Assembly (NCBI GenBank): GCA_964013405.1
Contig: CAXGWI010000069.1
Coordinates: 1-17,197 of the forward strand
Source of the DNA: an uncultured Myxococcales bacterium
GTDB taxonomy: Bacteria > Myxococcota > UBA4151
Reading direction: 5' to 3'
Length of the DNA: 17,197 nt
The first letter of the stretch is position 1. Each line of letters opens with the position of its first letter. Made by a program: the position numbers and the translations under genes. Positions 8,158 through 17,197 of this stretch are shown one piece after another. The notes below the pieces were generated by a model. That model was not told the origin of the DNA. It searched no databases and was given only the letters and a program-made list of their open reading frames with translations.

Positions 8158-9027
8158 TCAGCCCACCACCGCTTGTTCAGGTCCTTTGGACCGGCTTCTC
8201 CGACGGGGCTCAAGGCGGGCGAGAGCCCGGGCAGAGACGGCCGCCCGGGAGTAGTCCATACGCGGGGAGCGATGGTCCTGATCCACCAGAAAGCGCTCCT
8301 CACCGTAACGCTCATCCTCCCGGCGCCAGCTGCCAAAGATCCAGTCCCAGAGGTGCATGTTCTGGGTAAAGTTCACATGAAAGTAGATATGGTGATCATC
8401 GTGAAAGGCCGCGGGGGCTTGCCAGGGAAAGACCGAATGGAAACGCACACCGCTATGATCCAGCACCGAGACCACCTGCTGGTAGATCAGGATGAGGATC
8501 ACCCCTGCTGGATGGAGCGGGAACAGAAAGATGGGCACCAGGCTAAAGAACTGGAAGGTGGCGAGCTCGACAGGATGGACGGCCAGGCTTGTAAAGGGGG
8601 AGGGCGTTCGCCAGCGATGATGAATCCGATGAATCCGGCGATAGAGCGGCCGAAGGTGCAGCGCTCGGTGCCCCCAGTAAAGGGCACAGTCGACAAGCAT
8701 AAAATAGAAGATGGTGCTGCCGATGGTATAGGCCCAGCCCCAGGTCTCCACCTCGAAGTAGAGCTGGGACCAGCCCCCGGTGCGGATATGGTACATGATG
8801 AAACCGCTGACCACGCTGGCCCAGGTCATGTTCAGTGTACCCAGGCGAATCTCTTCCCGCCGCAGGCGTGCTGGCGAAGCTCGATCCGGTTGGGTCTTCC
8901 ACTGATCGAGGGCCTCCCGGCGCCGCCGATAATATAACCATTCGATCAAATAGGATGGGCCCAGATAGAGGAAGAGGCCGCCCCCCACGGTCATCGCCAT
9001 GCATTCGCTAAGGAGGGTCCAGTCCAA
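8158..9027 (-). CDS. Sterol desaturase / fatty acid hydroxylase superfamily di-iron membrane enzyme
   Basis: His boxes YWGHRALH, IHRIHH and FHDDHH, plus PSPFTSLAVHPVE, DHSG and WDWIFGS. Start is TTG 9027 (GGGAG 11 nt upstream) or ATG 9000/8994. Confidence 0.9.
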   Translation of the reverse strand: MDWTLLSECMAMTVGGGLFLYLGPSYLIEWLYYRRRREALDQWKTQPDRASPARLRREEIRLGTLNMTWASVVSGFIMYHIRTGGWSQLYFEVETWGWAYTIGSTIFYFMLVDCALYWGHRALHLRPLYRRIHRIHHRWRTPSPFTSLAVHPVELATFQFFSLVPIFLFPLHPAGVILILIYQQVVSVLDHSGVRFHSVFPWQAPAAFHDDHHIYFHVNFTQNMHLWDWIFGSWRREDERYGEERFLVDQDHRSPRMDYSRAAVSARALARLEPRRRSRSKGPEQAVVG

Positions 9028-9074
9028 CTTGTTTTATGCTCCCGGTCGGGGGGTGCAGCCCCAAAGAGGGCTCG

Positions 9075-9083
9075 ATGTTACCA
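9075..9083 (-). promoter_or_regulatory. Possible extended -10 promoter element for the desaturase operon
   Basis: Minus-strand TGGTAACAT (TGn + TAACAT) about 50 nt upstream of the desaturase start. No clear -35 element. Confidence 0.3.
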
Positions 9084-9102
9084 CGACCTATGGCGACTCA
9101 GG

Positions 9103-10641
9103 TCAGTTGGCCGGGCGAAGGTGGAAGCCACAGCGTACCCAATGGCCGCTCACGTCGTCTTCCTGTCCCGACTTCGTCAACTTCACCACGTAGTCCTGTC
9201 CGCCTTCAATGCTGGCGTTCTGGATATAGACCATCTCGGCGCCCTCGGTATCCTGAGCGATGCGGTCGCCGCCCCCCGCAGGCCACAGCTCCGCCTTCAA
9301 GCTCCGGATCCCGCTGCCAGCCAAACGGCTGCGGCATACAACGCTGATGCGCCCCTCCGTTTCGAGGGCGCTCAGACCAAAATGGTCCACATCATCCGCA
9401 CCCAACTGGGCGAGAATGAAGCCAGACCGCCGACCGCCACCTTGGTCGGCCAGTTCGACCATTTCAGGCGTTGCGATGTCGTTGTTGGTTTCTTCTGCTG
9501 CCTCGGGAACATTGTCGCCGCGCAATCGCAGGGTCATGACATAGAAGTCATTATCGCCGGGCGGCACCGCGATGGCTGAGCCCTGGCTCGGGTGGTTCAC
9601 CCAAAGCAGATAGTCTCCGGGGGGCAAAGCCGGTTCAATCCCAGTCACTGTGCGACTGTAGCGCACCCGAGCAATGGTCCCCGTATTCGCCGCGTCGGTG
9701 ATCCAAATTCGACCGACGGTGGAGGTGGACCCGTTACCGGAGACGCCGGCGGCTTTCACGTCGACTTCGAGATGACCAAGGACCTCTTCGCCTTCGGCCG
9801 GCTCCGCCACACTAAAAGCGTAGACATCGACATCTTGGGCATCGGTGAGACCGCCCAGGATGTAGCCGGAGCCACTTGCCGTCCAGCCCAGCTCCTGGGC
9901 CGTGGCTTCGTCGTTGCCGGCCTCCATATCCACGTTCACCTGAGTGGCATCCATGTTCATGGTGGCGGCGACGACTCGGTACGTGAAGTTGGTGCCACCC
10001 CGGGGGTTCTGGTTCAGAGCCCAAGTGCTGCGGTCCTGCACTTTAAGGTAGTAGTTACCCGTGTACGGCAGGCGCAAAATCATCGAACTGTCCGCGGCAT
10101 TGCGCTCCGCCAAATTATCGTTTTCAGCCAACTGTATCTGCTCCGAGTCATAGAGCGTGATCACTGTATCGAGGAGTTCATCTTGGTCGTTGGGATTGGC
10201 CTCTGTGTAGGTCGTAATCCAGACCCCAGCCTCCCCAGCGAACTTGTAATAGTCGACGTCACCGGCCGGATCGATGACGCCGTTGAAGCCCCGGTTGATG
10301 GTGATCGTCTCAGCCGTCTCGAAGGAGTCGTTGCCATCACCCTCTAGCGTACAGTCGCTGGTGCAACCGTCCCCGTTGGTGCTGTTTCCATCATCGCATT
10401 CCTCATCGTCTTCTACGGCGCCATCACCACAGACGGCCCCCAACTCGATGCGGCAGCGGGCACTGCAGCCATCCAGATTACGTCGATTACCGTCGTCGCA
10501 TTCTTCACCGGGCTCTTGCACGTTATTGCCGCACTCAGCAGCTGGACCGGCATCACCCACCGGCTCGGGATCGGCTGGGGCCCCAGGGCATGCACATAAA
10601 ACCAACAGTGCGGCGCAAGTTACGAAAGGCTTCAAAGACAT
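9103..10641 (-). CDS. Lipoprotein with two myxococcal Cys-rich (DUF4215-type) repeats and PPC-like beta domains
   Basis: Start at ATG 10641 ([18 protein letters not shown], lipobox). It has two CGxx..EECDDGN....DGC...C repeats. These are followed by three acidic modules that each begin N(D/N)...A and contain D(V)DxY/F ([62 protein letters not shown]). Confidence 0.82.
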   Translation of the reverse strand: MSLKPFVTCAALLVLCACPGAPADPEPVGDAGPAAECGNNVQEPGEECDDGNRRNLDGCSARCRIELGAVCGDGAVEDDEECDDGNSTNGDGCTSDCTLEGDGNDSFETAETITINRGFNGVIDPAGDVDYYKFAGEAGVWITTYTEANPNDQDELLDTVITLYDSEQIQLAENDNLAERNAADSSMILRLPYTGNYYLKVQDRSTWALNQNPRGGTNFTYRVVAATMNMDATQVNVDMEAGNDEATAQELGWTASGSGYILGGLTDAQDVDVYAFSVAEPAEGEEVLGHLEVDVKAAGVSGNGSTSTVGRIWITDAANTGTIARVRYSRTVTGIEPALPPGDYLLWVNHPSQGSAIAVPPGDNDFYVMTLRLRGDNVPEAAEETNNDIATPEMVELADQGGGRRSGFILAQLGADDVDHFGLSALETEGRISVVCRSRLAGSGIRSLKAELWPAGGGDRIAQDTEGAEMVYIQNASIEGGQDYVVKLTKSGQEDDVSGHWVRCGFHLRPAN

Positions 10642-10652
10642 AGAATCGACAC

Positions 10653-10721
10653 CCTCGGCTGTTCTGCGCCGGTTTATAGTCGATCCAGCCGGGGGAGGAC
10701 AGCCCCCACGCACAGCCGAGG
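10653..10721 (-). promoter_or_regulatory. Inverted repeat / RNA structure between the serC stop and the downstream RBS
   Basis: Perfect 10-bp arms CCTCGGCTGT (10653-10662) and ACAGCCGAGG (10712-10721), with an internal G5/C5 hairpin (10691-10707). There is no U-tract. Confidence 0.5.
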
Positions 10722-10725
10722 CCCC

Positions 10726-11841
10726 TTAGCCGCTGTGCTTCGAAGCAAAGTCCTCGAGAAACTCGGCCAGCGCCTCGACCCAATCGAGGGGGACCGCGTT
10801 GTAGATACTTGCACGGATCCCACCGACGCTACGGTGGCCCTTCAGACCACTCATCCCTCGGGAGCCGGCTTCTTCCACCAGGCGTTGCTCCAAGGCTTCG
10901 TTGGGCAGGCGCCACACCACATTCATCGCGCTGCGATCTTGCTGTCGGACCGGGCAATGATAGAAATCCGAATGGGCTTCGATGACCCCGTAAAGGCGGG
11001 CGGCTTTGGCCTCATTCCGGGCCTTCGCGGCTGCCAAGCCGCCCCCTGACTTCAGGAGTCGAAGCACATTACGAACCATGTAGATGCTGAACGTCGGTGG
11101 GGTGTTGAGTAGACTGTTCTTTGCACCATGGGCGCTGTAGCGAAAGATGTTCGGAATCGAGCTGTTACCCGCAGCCATCCAGTCCTTGCGAAGAATCACG
11201 ACCACCACGCCGCTCGGGCCAATATTTTTCTGGGCACCGGCATACACGAGGTCAAAGCGCGAGAGGTCGGTGGGCTGCCAAAGAAAGTCGCTGCTCATGT
11301 CGCAGACGAGGGGTAAGGCTCCACAGTCTGGGTAGCGGCTGCCATAAAGTGAATCGTACTGGACGCCGTGAATGGTCTCGTTGCTGGTCACGTGAAGATA
11401 AGCGGCCCCCTCGAGGCCCTCCACCTGTTCTGGCAGCGAAGTGAAGTCGCCGGTCTCGCCACCGGGGTTCGCGAGGACTGCGCGAGCGCCCCGCCCGGCT
11501 GCCACCACCTGGGCTTCCTTAAAGGCCTTCTCGCCCCAGGCCCCCGTGACGAGGTAGGCTGCTTGACCCCCCTCAGGCAGGAAATTCATGGGCACAGTTG
11601 CAAACTGCTGCGTGGCTCCCCCCTGGAGCAGCAGCACTTGGTGCGTCTCCGGGACGGCCAACAACTCGGTGAGCAGCTCGATGGCCTCATGATGGACCCG
11701 GTCGTAGTTCGCGCCCCTATGACTCTGCTCCATGATCGACATGCCAGAGCCCTCAAAATTCAAGAGCTCATCCCGGGCAGCTTCTAAGGCTTCGACCGGT
11801 AGAGCAGCCGGTCCGGCGGAGAAGTTGTAACTACGGTTCAA
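10726..11841 (-). CDS. serC: 3-phosphoserine/phosphohydroxythreonine aminotransferase
   Basis: Motifs [52 protein letters not shown] (PLP lysine), NTPP and [18 protein letters not shown] start with a GGAGG RBS. Confidence 0.97.
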   Translation of the reverse strand: MNRSYNFSAGPAALPVEALEAARDELLNFEGSGMSIMEQSHRGANYDRVHHEAIELLTELLAVPETHQVLLLQGGATQQFATVPMNFLPEGGQAAYLVTGAWGEKAFKEAQVVAAGRGARAVLANPGGETGDFTSLPEQVEGLEGAAYLHVTSNETIHGVQYDSLYGSRYPDCGALPLVCDMSSDFLWQPTDLSRFDLVYAGAQKNIGPSGVVVVILRKDWMAAGNSSIPNIFRYSAHGAKNSLLNTPPTFSIYMVRNVLRLLKSGGGLAAAKARNEAKAARLYGVIEAHSDFYHCPVRQQDRSAMNVVWRLPNEALEQRLVEEAGSRGMSGLKGHRSVGGIRASIYNAVPLDWVEALAEFLEDFASKHSG

Positions 11842-11894
11842 GGTCCAAGCCTCCCAATGCTTTCGCCTGCCTCTTGGACCGAATTGCCCCCCCC

Positions 11895-11923
11895 TTCAAG
11901 GGCTGCCTTTCTTCGGCTAGACT
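11895..11923 (+). promoter_or_regulatory. Putative sigma70-type promoter for the Cys-rich lipoprotein gene
   Basis: TTCAAG (11895-11900), a 17-nt spacer, then TAGACT (11918-11923), followed by a GGAG RBS and ATG 11945. Confidence 0.35.
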
Positions 11924-11944
11924 CTTTGGGGGAGAGTCGGCTCC

Positions 11945-13285
11945 ATGCGCACTGTTTTTGCGGGAATTTGCACCCTGTTACTGCTGGCCTGTGGTGAGAC
12001 GAAGGTGGACGCACCGGGGATGGCTCCCCAAGGAAATGATGCCGGGGCTACAGTCCAAGATAGCGGCCCGGAACCCAGCGATGGCGGATCCCTCGATGGG
12101 GGTGAAGCCGTCGGGAACGCAGATGACGATGGGGGCAGAACGCCCCGTGACGCTGGGCGAGCGACCGATGGGGGCGAGCGCCCGCCACTTGAAGATGGCG
12201 GGGGCGCCAGCCATGACGGCGGCGTCATCGCCGCTCAAGACGCTGGGGCTATAGTCAGCGCTGATACCGGCGCACCAGAGGTGGTCGATGCGGGTCCTGG
12301 TCCCTGCGAGCCTGGGGAGACCTACTGCAGGGATGATCGCTTACTCCGCTGCCTTGCGGACGGAGACAGCGAGCTCATCATGGATTGTGAGTTGGAGGGC
12401 CACCATTGCTATTCGGGCGCCTGTCATCCTCGGATCTGTGGCGACGGATTCGTCGACCCCGACGAGGAATGCGACGACGGCAACGGCATCGAAACGGATG
12501 CCTGTACGAGTGCCTGCCGCCTGGCTCGCTGTGGCGATGGCCATGTCCAAGAAGGCGAGGAATGCGATGATGGGAACGAGCGGGACCAAGATTTCTGCAC
12601 CAACCGTTGCACTCGCCCCCGCTGTGGTGATGGCATTCGCCAGGCCGGCGAGGAATGCGATGACGGCAATGTCATTCCTGGCGATGCTTGTACCCACCTA
12701 TGCCGCAATGCCCGTTGTTCCGACGGTATCGTCCACGAGGATGTGGAGGCATGCGATGACGGGAACCGAATCAACGAAGACAACTGCACGAACGCCTGCC
12801 TGGAGGCCCGTTGTGGCGACCGAATTCGGGGCCCCGGCGAGGAATGCGATGATGGCAACGCTGTCGACGGCGACTGGTGTACGAATGCTTGCCAACGGGC
12901 CCGTTGTGGCGATGGCATTCCTGGGCCCGGTGAAGCCTGTGATGATGGTAATGAGGACAACGACGACGATTGCACCCAACTGTGTCGAGATGCGGCCTGT
13001 GGCGATGGCTTCATTCAGAACGATGAAATGTGCGACGACGGTAATCGGATCAACGAAGACGGTTGTACCCGTAACTGCCAAGAGGCCCGTTGTGGCGACC
13101 GGATCATCTGGCGGGGTGTGGAAGAATGCGATGATGGCAATGAGGAGCCCGGTGATGACTGCACCGATGTTTGCCGCCGATGGCGCTGTGGCGATGGGAT
13201 CATCAACGTTCGGCGGGAGGAATGCGATGACGGCAACCGCCGAGATGGGGACGGGTGCTCGTCGGTCTGCCGGCGAGAGCCTTAA
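11945..13285 (+). CDS. Lipoprotein with DxG-rich linker and nine myxococcal Cys-rich (DUF4215-type) repeats
   Basis: Lipobox LLAC, a low-complexity D/G/A/P linker, one different Cys module (CEPGETYC...C...C...C...C), then 9 tandem CGDG.....E.CDDGN....D.CT..C units running to the C-terminus. Confidence 0.9.
   Translation: MRTVFAGICTLLLLACGETKVDAPGMAPQGNDAGATVQDSGPEPSDGGSLDGGEAVGNADDDGGRTPRDAGRATDGGERPPLEDGGGASHDGGVIAAQDAGAIVSADTGAPEVVDAGPGPCEPGETYCRDDRLLRCLADGDSELIMDCELEGHHCYSGACHPRICGDGFVDPDEECDDGNGIETDACTSACRLARCGDGHVQEGEECDDGNERDQDFCTNRCTRPRCGDGIRQAGEECDDGNVIPGDACTHLCRNARCSDGIVHEDVEACDDGNRINEDNCTNACLEARCGDRIRGPGEECDDGNAVDGDWCTNACQRARCGDGIPGPGEACDDGNEDNDDDCTQLCRDAACGDGFIQNDEMCDDGNRINEDGCTRNCQEARCGDRIIWRGVEECDDGNEEPGDDCTDVCRRWRCGDGIINVRREECDDGNRRDGDGCSSVCRREP
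12437..13282 (+). repeat. Nine degenerate coding tandem repeats of about 93-99 bp (Cys-rich repeat)
   Basis: Recurrent TGTGGCGA(C/T) and GAATGCGA(T/C)GA(T/C)GG(C/G/T)AA, in frame with the 31-33-aa protein repeat. Confidence 0.9.
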
Positions 13286-13337
13286 TTCCTAGGGGCATTT
13301 CCGCAGGGAGCTGGCGGTCCAGACATCCAGTCAGGGA

Positions 13338-15614
13338 CTAGGCCCAACTTGGGACAGTCGTACGATGCCGGCGGCGACATTGCACAGCGGTGACCGCGGC
13401 CATGTTGACGATCTCACTCACCGTTGCACCCCGCTGCATGATCGTCAGAGGCTTTGCGAGCCCCAAGAGGATGGGACCAACGACTTCGGCGTCGGAGAGT
13501 CGTTGCAGCAGCTTGTAACTGATGTTCGCGCTCGCGAGATTAGGCATCAGAAGAACATTGGCTTCGCCATCGAGGCGAGAGAAGGGAAAGAAGTCTCTCT
13601 GAATTTCCCGATCCAAGGCGGCATCGACCTGCATTTCACCTTCGATGATCAAATCTGGGCGCCGGTCATTCACCAACTCCACAGCGGCCCGCATCTTTCG
13701 AGTCTCTGGGCGACTCACAGCGCCAAAGTTTGCGTAAGAAACCATCGCCACCCGCGGTGTGATATCAAAGTCCGCCACTTGATCGGCAGCGAGAATGGCA
13801 ATTTCTGCCAAAGCCTCCGCGTCCGGATCGAAATTAACGGTGGCATCGCAGATGAACTTTACGCTGTCTCGGTACACCAGCATGTACATGCCAGCGACAC
13901 GTCCGACGCCTTCACGGGGTCCAATGATCTCCAGCGCGGGACGAATGTAATTGGCATAAGAATCGCTGACGCCACAGATCACTGCGTCGGTCTCGCCATA
14001 ACGCAGGGCCTGCATGGCAAAACCGCGACGGCGACGGGAGACCGCCTCGGCACCGGTCGCGGTGGTCCCTAGACGGCAGCGTTCACGAAACCATTCCCGG
14101 GCAAAGTCCGCCGCCCGGGGATCGTTCCAGGGCGTCGCAATCTCGATACCGTCGAGGTCGAGTCGATGCTCCGCTGCCCAGTCTCGGATGGTCCGTTCAT
14201 GACCGAGGAGGGTGGGGCGGCAAATGCCTTCATCCCGGGCATAGGCAGCGGCTTTGATCATCCGCCCTTCCTCGCCCTCACTAAAGATCATGCGCGGGCA
14301 GATGTTCCGAGCCCGGGCAAACTCAGAACTCAGAACCGCATGGGTCGGCGAAACTCGGGTTTTGAGTTGCTCGGTATAGGTCGCCCGGTCGAAGTCCTGG
14401 ATCCGGGCAACCCCCGAATCGACAGCCGCCTGCGCCACGGCCGGTGCGACCCAAAACAAGACACGGGGGTCGAAGGGTTTGGGAATGATATAGTCCGGTC
14501 CGTAGGTGATATTCTCTTCACCGTAGGCTTCTGCCACACTCGGTGGAATATCCTCATGCGCCAGCTCCGCCAAAGCCTGGGCTGCCGCGAGCTTCATCGC
14601 TTCGCTGACCGTCCGGGCACGGGTATCCAGGGCGCCCCGGAAGATAAAGGGGAAACCCAGAACATTGTTCACCTGATTCGGGTGGTCACTACGACCGGTG
14701 GCGATGATGGCATCATCACGGGCCGAGCGGGCTTCGGCATAGGGGATCTCGGGGTCGGGATTCGCCAAAGCAAACACGATGGGGCGGTCGGCCATCGAGC
14801 GAATCATCTCTTGAGACACCAAGCCTTTCACCGAAAGACCCAGAAAGAAATCCATGCCCTTCATCGCATCGGCGAGGGAGGTTAGATCTCGATCCGTGGC
14901 CCATTCGGCCTTGGCAGGTGGCAGGTTCTCGCGATCGCTACGAATCACCCCTCTCGAGTCGCAGAGGACGATGTTCTCTTTACGAACGCCCAACGACACG
15001 ATGAACTCAGTGCATGCGATCGCAGCGGCACCGGCACCGCTGACGACCATGGTTAGATCTTCGAGCTTTTTATCGGCTAACTGGACGGCGTTGATCAGCG
15101 CCGCACCGGTAATGATCGCGGTGCCGTGCTGGTCATCGTGAAACACAGGGATGTCGAGGGATTCTCGTAGCCGTCGCTCCACCTCGAAGCATTCCGGACT
15201 GCGGATGTCCTCAAGATTGATGCCCCCGAAAGTTGGCGCCATCGCCGTGATCGCTGCCACCATCTCATCCGCGCTGTCCGCTTGGAGTTCGATGTCAAAG
15301 ACATCGATATCCGCGAAACGTTTGAAGAGGACACCTTTGCCCTCCATGACCGGCTTGCCAGCCATCGGACCAATGTCCCCGAGCCCCAGAACGGCGGTGC
15401 CATTCGTGATCACAGCGACCAAATTCCCTTTGGCCGTGTAATTATAGACCTGATCGGGGTCCTTATGAATCTCAGTGCACGGTTCGGCGACGCCCGGCGT
15501 GTAAGCAAGGGAGAGGTCTCTGGCAGTCTGGCAAGCCTTGGTCGGCACCACTTCGACTTTACCCGGTCGACCTTCAGCGTGATAGGCGAGCGCTGGTGTT
15601 TGCTTGTTCTTCAT
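13338..15614 (-). CDS. maeB: NADP-dependent malic enzyme, hybrid form with C-terminal phosphotransacetylase-like domain
   Basis: Motifs [58 protein letters not shown] and [10 protein letters not shown]. The PTA-like tail has [22 protein letters not shown] and GPILLG. Start is ATG 15614, overlapping the metG stop (ATGA). Confidence 0.96.
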   Translation of the reverse strand: MKNKQTPALAYHAEGRPGKVEVVPTKACQTARDLSLAYTPGVAEPCTEIHKDPDQVYNYTAKGNLVAVITNGTAVLGLGDIGPMAGKPVMEGKGVLFKRFADIDVFDIELQADSADEMVAAITAMAPTFGGINLEDIRSPECFEVERRLRESLDIPVFHDDQHGTAIITGAALINAVQLADKKLEDLTMVVSGAGAAAIACTEFIVSLGVRKENIVLCDSRGVIRSDRENLPPAKAEWATDRDLTSLADAMKGMDFFLGLSVKGLVSQEMIRSMADRPIVFALANPDPEIPYAEARSARDDAIIATGRSDHPNQVNNVLGFPFIFRGALDTRARTVSEAMKLAAAQALAELAHEDIPPSVAEAYGEENITYGPDYIIPKPFDPRVLFWVAPAVAQAAVDSGVARIQDFDRATYTEQLKTRVSPTHAVLSSEFARARNICPRMIFSEGEEGRMIKAAAYARDEGICRPTLLGHERTIRDWAAEHRLDLDGIEIATPWNDPRAADFAREWFRERCRLGTTATGAEAVSRRRRGFAMQALRYGETDAVICGVSDSYANYIRPALEIIGPREGVGRVAGMYMLVYRDSVKFICDATVNFDPDAEALAEIAILAADQVADFDITPRVAMVSYANFGAVSRPETRKMRAAVELVNDRRPDLIIEGEMQVDAALDREIQRDFFPFSRLDGEANVLLMPNLASANISYKLLQRLSDAEVVGPILLGLAKPLTIMQRGATVSEIVNMAAVTAVQCRRRHRTTVPSWA

Positions 15615-17197
15615 GATGCTTCTTCCCGGTTCGCCTCTACGAGGGCTTCCAGTTGCTGGGGAGTGATTCGCTCGGCGAGGCGCTGAAAAGCCGCAACTTT
15701 GCGGCAGCCGAGTGGCTCGTCGAGGGCCTCGATGGAATGAAGTTCGATGCCCACGATGGCTGCCAGTCGCTGACACAGTTCAGGAACGATCGGCTCGAGG
15801 GCGACGGTGAGTTGGGCGACCACGCCGACGGCTCCGCTCAGAATGACTCTTGCCGCCTCTGGATCTTCTTTGAAGACCGCCCAGGGCGCTTTTTCTTGGA
15901 GGTACTCGTTAGCTTCTTCCGCCGCTGCGAGGATACAGCGCATCCCTTGATGATACTGAAAGGCGGCAAAGTGCTGATTTGCTCGCCTTAGACGCTCTTT
16001 GTTGCCCTCGATCATGGCAAGACCTTCTGCATCTGGCTCGCCAAGTTCGCTGTCCAGCTTCTTGTTCAGAAAGCCCAGGGCTCGGCTCGCCAGATTGACG
16101 ACCTTGTTGACCAACTCGCCATTCAAGGTGTTGGAGAAATCTTCGAAATCCAGGTTCAGATCATTGGCTTCATCATTGAGACGGCAGGCATAATAGAAGC
16201 GCAAGTATTCACAGGGGAGATGGTCCGCCCATTGCCGAGCCGTAATGAAGGTCCCTCGACTCTTTGACATCTTCTCGCCATCCACTTGAAGGAAGCCGTG
16301 AACGTGAATCCGATCGGGCAGGCCCCAGCCGCTGCCCATCAACATCGCAGGCCAGAACAGGCTATGAAAGTAGACGATGTCCTTGCCGATGATGTGGGTT
16401 CGCTGGGCTGCGTCGCCACGCCATAGATAGTCGGGGTCCTCTTTGCCCTGCTGCGTCGCCCAGTGCCGAGCCGTGCTGATGTAACCGACAGGTGCATCGA
16501 GCCAGACATAAAAATACTTGTCTGTCTCTCCAGGGATTTCAAAGCCAAAGTAGGGACCATCTCGGGAGATATCCCAAGGCTTGAGTCCTTCGTTCAACCA
16601 GCCCTTCACAAAATTATGAACCGCCGGTTGCAAAGCCCCCTCCATCCACTGGGCTAAAGAATCTTCATAACGAGGAAGATCAAAGAAGAGATGCTCAGAG
16701 CTTCTTGGGCTCGGCTCATTACCACAAAGCGCACACGCGGGCGCCCCAAGTTCGCTGGGGTCGTAGGTGGCACCACAGAGCTCACAGTTGTCTCCGTATT
16801 GATCATCCGCACCACATTTCGGGCATCGACCACGCACAAAGCGATCGGGCAAAAATCGCTCATCGTGTTCACAGTACAGGCCATCGACTTCGCGCCGAAG
16901 AATCTCGCCTCGATCCTTTAAAGCCTGGTAAATGGAGCCACTCAGTGCCCTGTTCTCCGGCGAGTGGGTGCTGTGGAAGGCATCAAAGGTGACCCCGAAG
17001 TCAGCGAAATCACGAAGAAAGCCCGCCCGGGCACGCTCCACCAGTTCCTCGGGCTCAATCCCCTGTTTGTTTGCATTCAACTCGATGGGCGTGCCGTGGC
17101 TATCGGCAGCACAGAAGAAATAGACTTCTTCACCGGCCTGCCGCCGCGCTCGAACGTAAATGTCCGCCTGGATATACTCCACAAGGTGACCCAAATG
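15611..17197 (-). CDS. metG: Methionyl-tRNA synthetase (5' end outside window), short form without C-terminal tRNA-binding appendix
   Basis: The window edge reads HLGH (HIGH motif). Other motifs are DSHGTPI, Zn knuckle CPKC..CELC, WDISRDGPYFG, YVWLDAPVGY, IGKDIVYFH, KMSKS and the anticodon-binding NEYLQEKAPW. Confidence 0.97.
   Translation of the reverse strand, partial: HLGHLVEYIQADIYVRARRQAGEEVYFFCAADSHGTPIELNANKQGIEPEELVERARAGFLRDFADFGVTFDAFHSTHSPENRALSGSIYQALKDRGEILRREVDGLYCEHDERFLPDRFVRGRCPKCGADDQYGDNCELCGATYDPSELGAPACALCGNEPSPRSSEHLFFDLPRYEDSLAQWMEGALQPAVHNFVKGWLNEGLKPWDISRDGPYFGFEIPGETDKYFYVWLDAPVGYISTARHWATQQGKEDPDYLWRGDAAQRTHIIGKDIVYFHSLFWPAMLMGSGWGLPDRIHVHGFLQVDGEKMSKSRGTFITARQWADHLPCEYLRFYYACRLNDEANDLNLDFEDFSNTLNGELVNKVVNLASRALGFLNKKLDSELGEPDAEGLAMIEGNKERLRRANQHFAAFQYHQGMRCILAAAEEANEYLQEKAPWAVFKEDPEAARVILSGAVGVVAQLTVALEPIVPELCQRLAAIVGIELHSIEALDEPLGCRKVAAFQRLAERITPQQLEALVEANREEAS

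Noticed and set aside
11920..11938. GACTCT/AGAGTC hairpin over the lipoprotein RBS
   Set aside because: It is only 6 bp, and the 5' arm coincides with the putative -10 (TAGACT), so it would probably not be transcribed.
12437..13282. Regularly spaced DNA repeats resembling a CRISPR array
   Set aside because: The repeats are degenerate at third codon positions, lie in frame within a CDS, and no cas genes are present.
12288..13292. 334-aa alternative-frame ORF with repeated ARNAMMA/PVVA motifs, plus antisense repeat ORFs
   Set aside because: These are frame-shifted shadows of the Cys-rich coding repeats, with no RBS or independent protein features.
13286..13337. Intrinsic terminator between convergent genes (also the 5-nt gap at 2056-2060 and the 12-nt gap at 6209-6220)
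   Set aside because: Only weak 4-5 bp stems and no U-tract; not supportable.

Overview
Gene-dense, GC-rich bacterial chromosomal segment. It is most consistent with Myxococcota or a related deltaproteobacterial lineage, inferred from the myxococcal Cys-rich repeats, the many lipoproteins and the hybrid MaeB. There are 14 CDS. Housekeeping genes are metG (5'-truncated by the window edge, coupled to maeB), maeB, serC and a MatB/ACSF3-like acyl-CoA synthetase. Four predicted lipoproteins are present: a TSP3-repeat/thioredoxin-like protein, a PNGase F homolog, a Cys-rich-repeat/PPC-like protein, and a protein with 9 Cys-rich repeats. Three hypothetical exported or membrane-anchored proteins are present, one with apparent tandem Sm-like domains. 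A tight three-gene minus-strand unit encodes a sterol desaturase-family di-iron enzyme, a DUF7802/CruF-like polytopic membrane protein and an orphan N6-adenine DNA methyltransferase. The desaturase plus membrane-protein pair is the best candidate for an undescribed system (possible sterol/isoprenoid side-chain modification), but that function is inference only. Several short intergenic regions contain inverted repeats overlapping translation starts. I saw no rRNA, tRNA, CRISPR array or mobile element.
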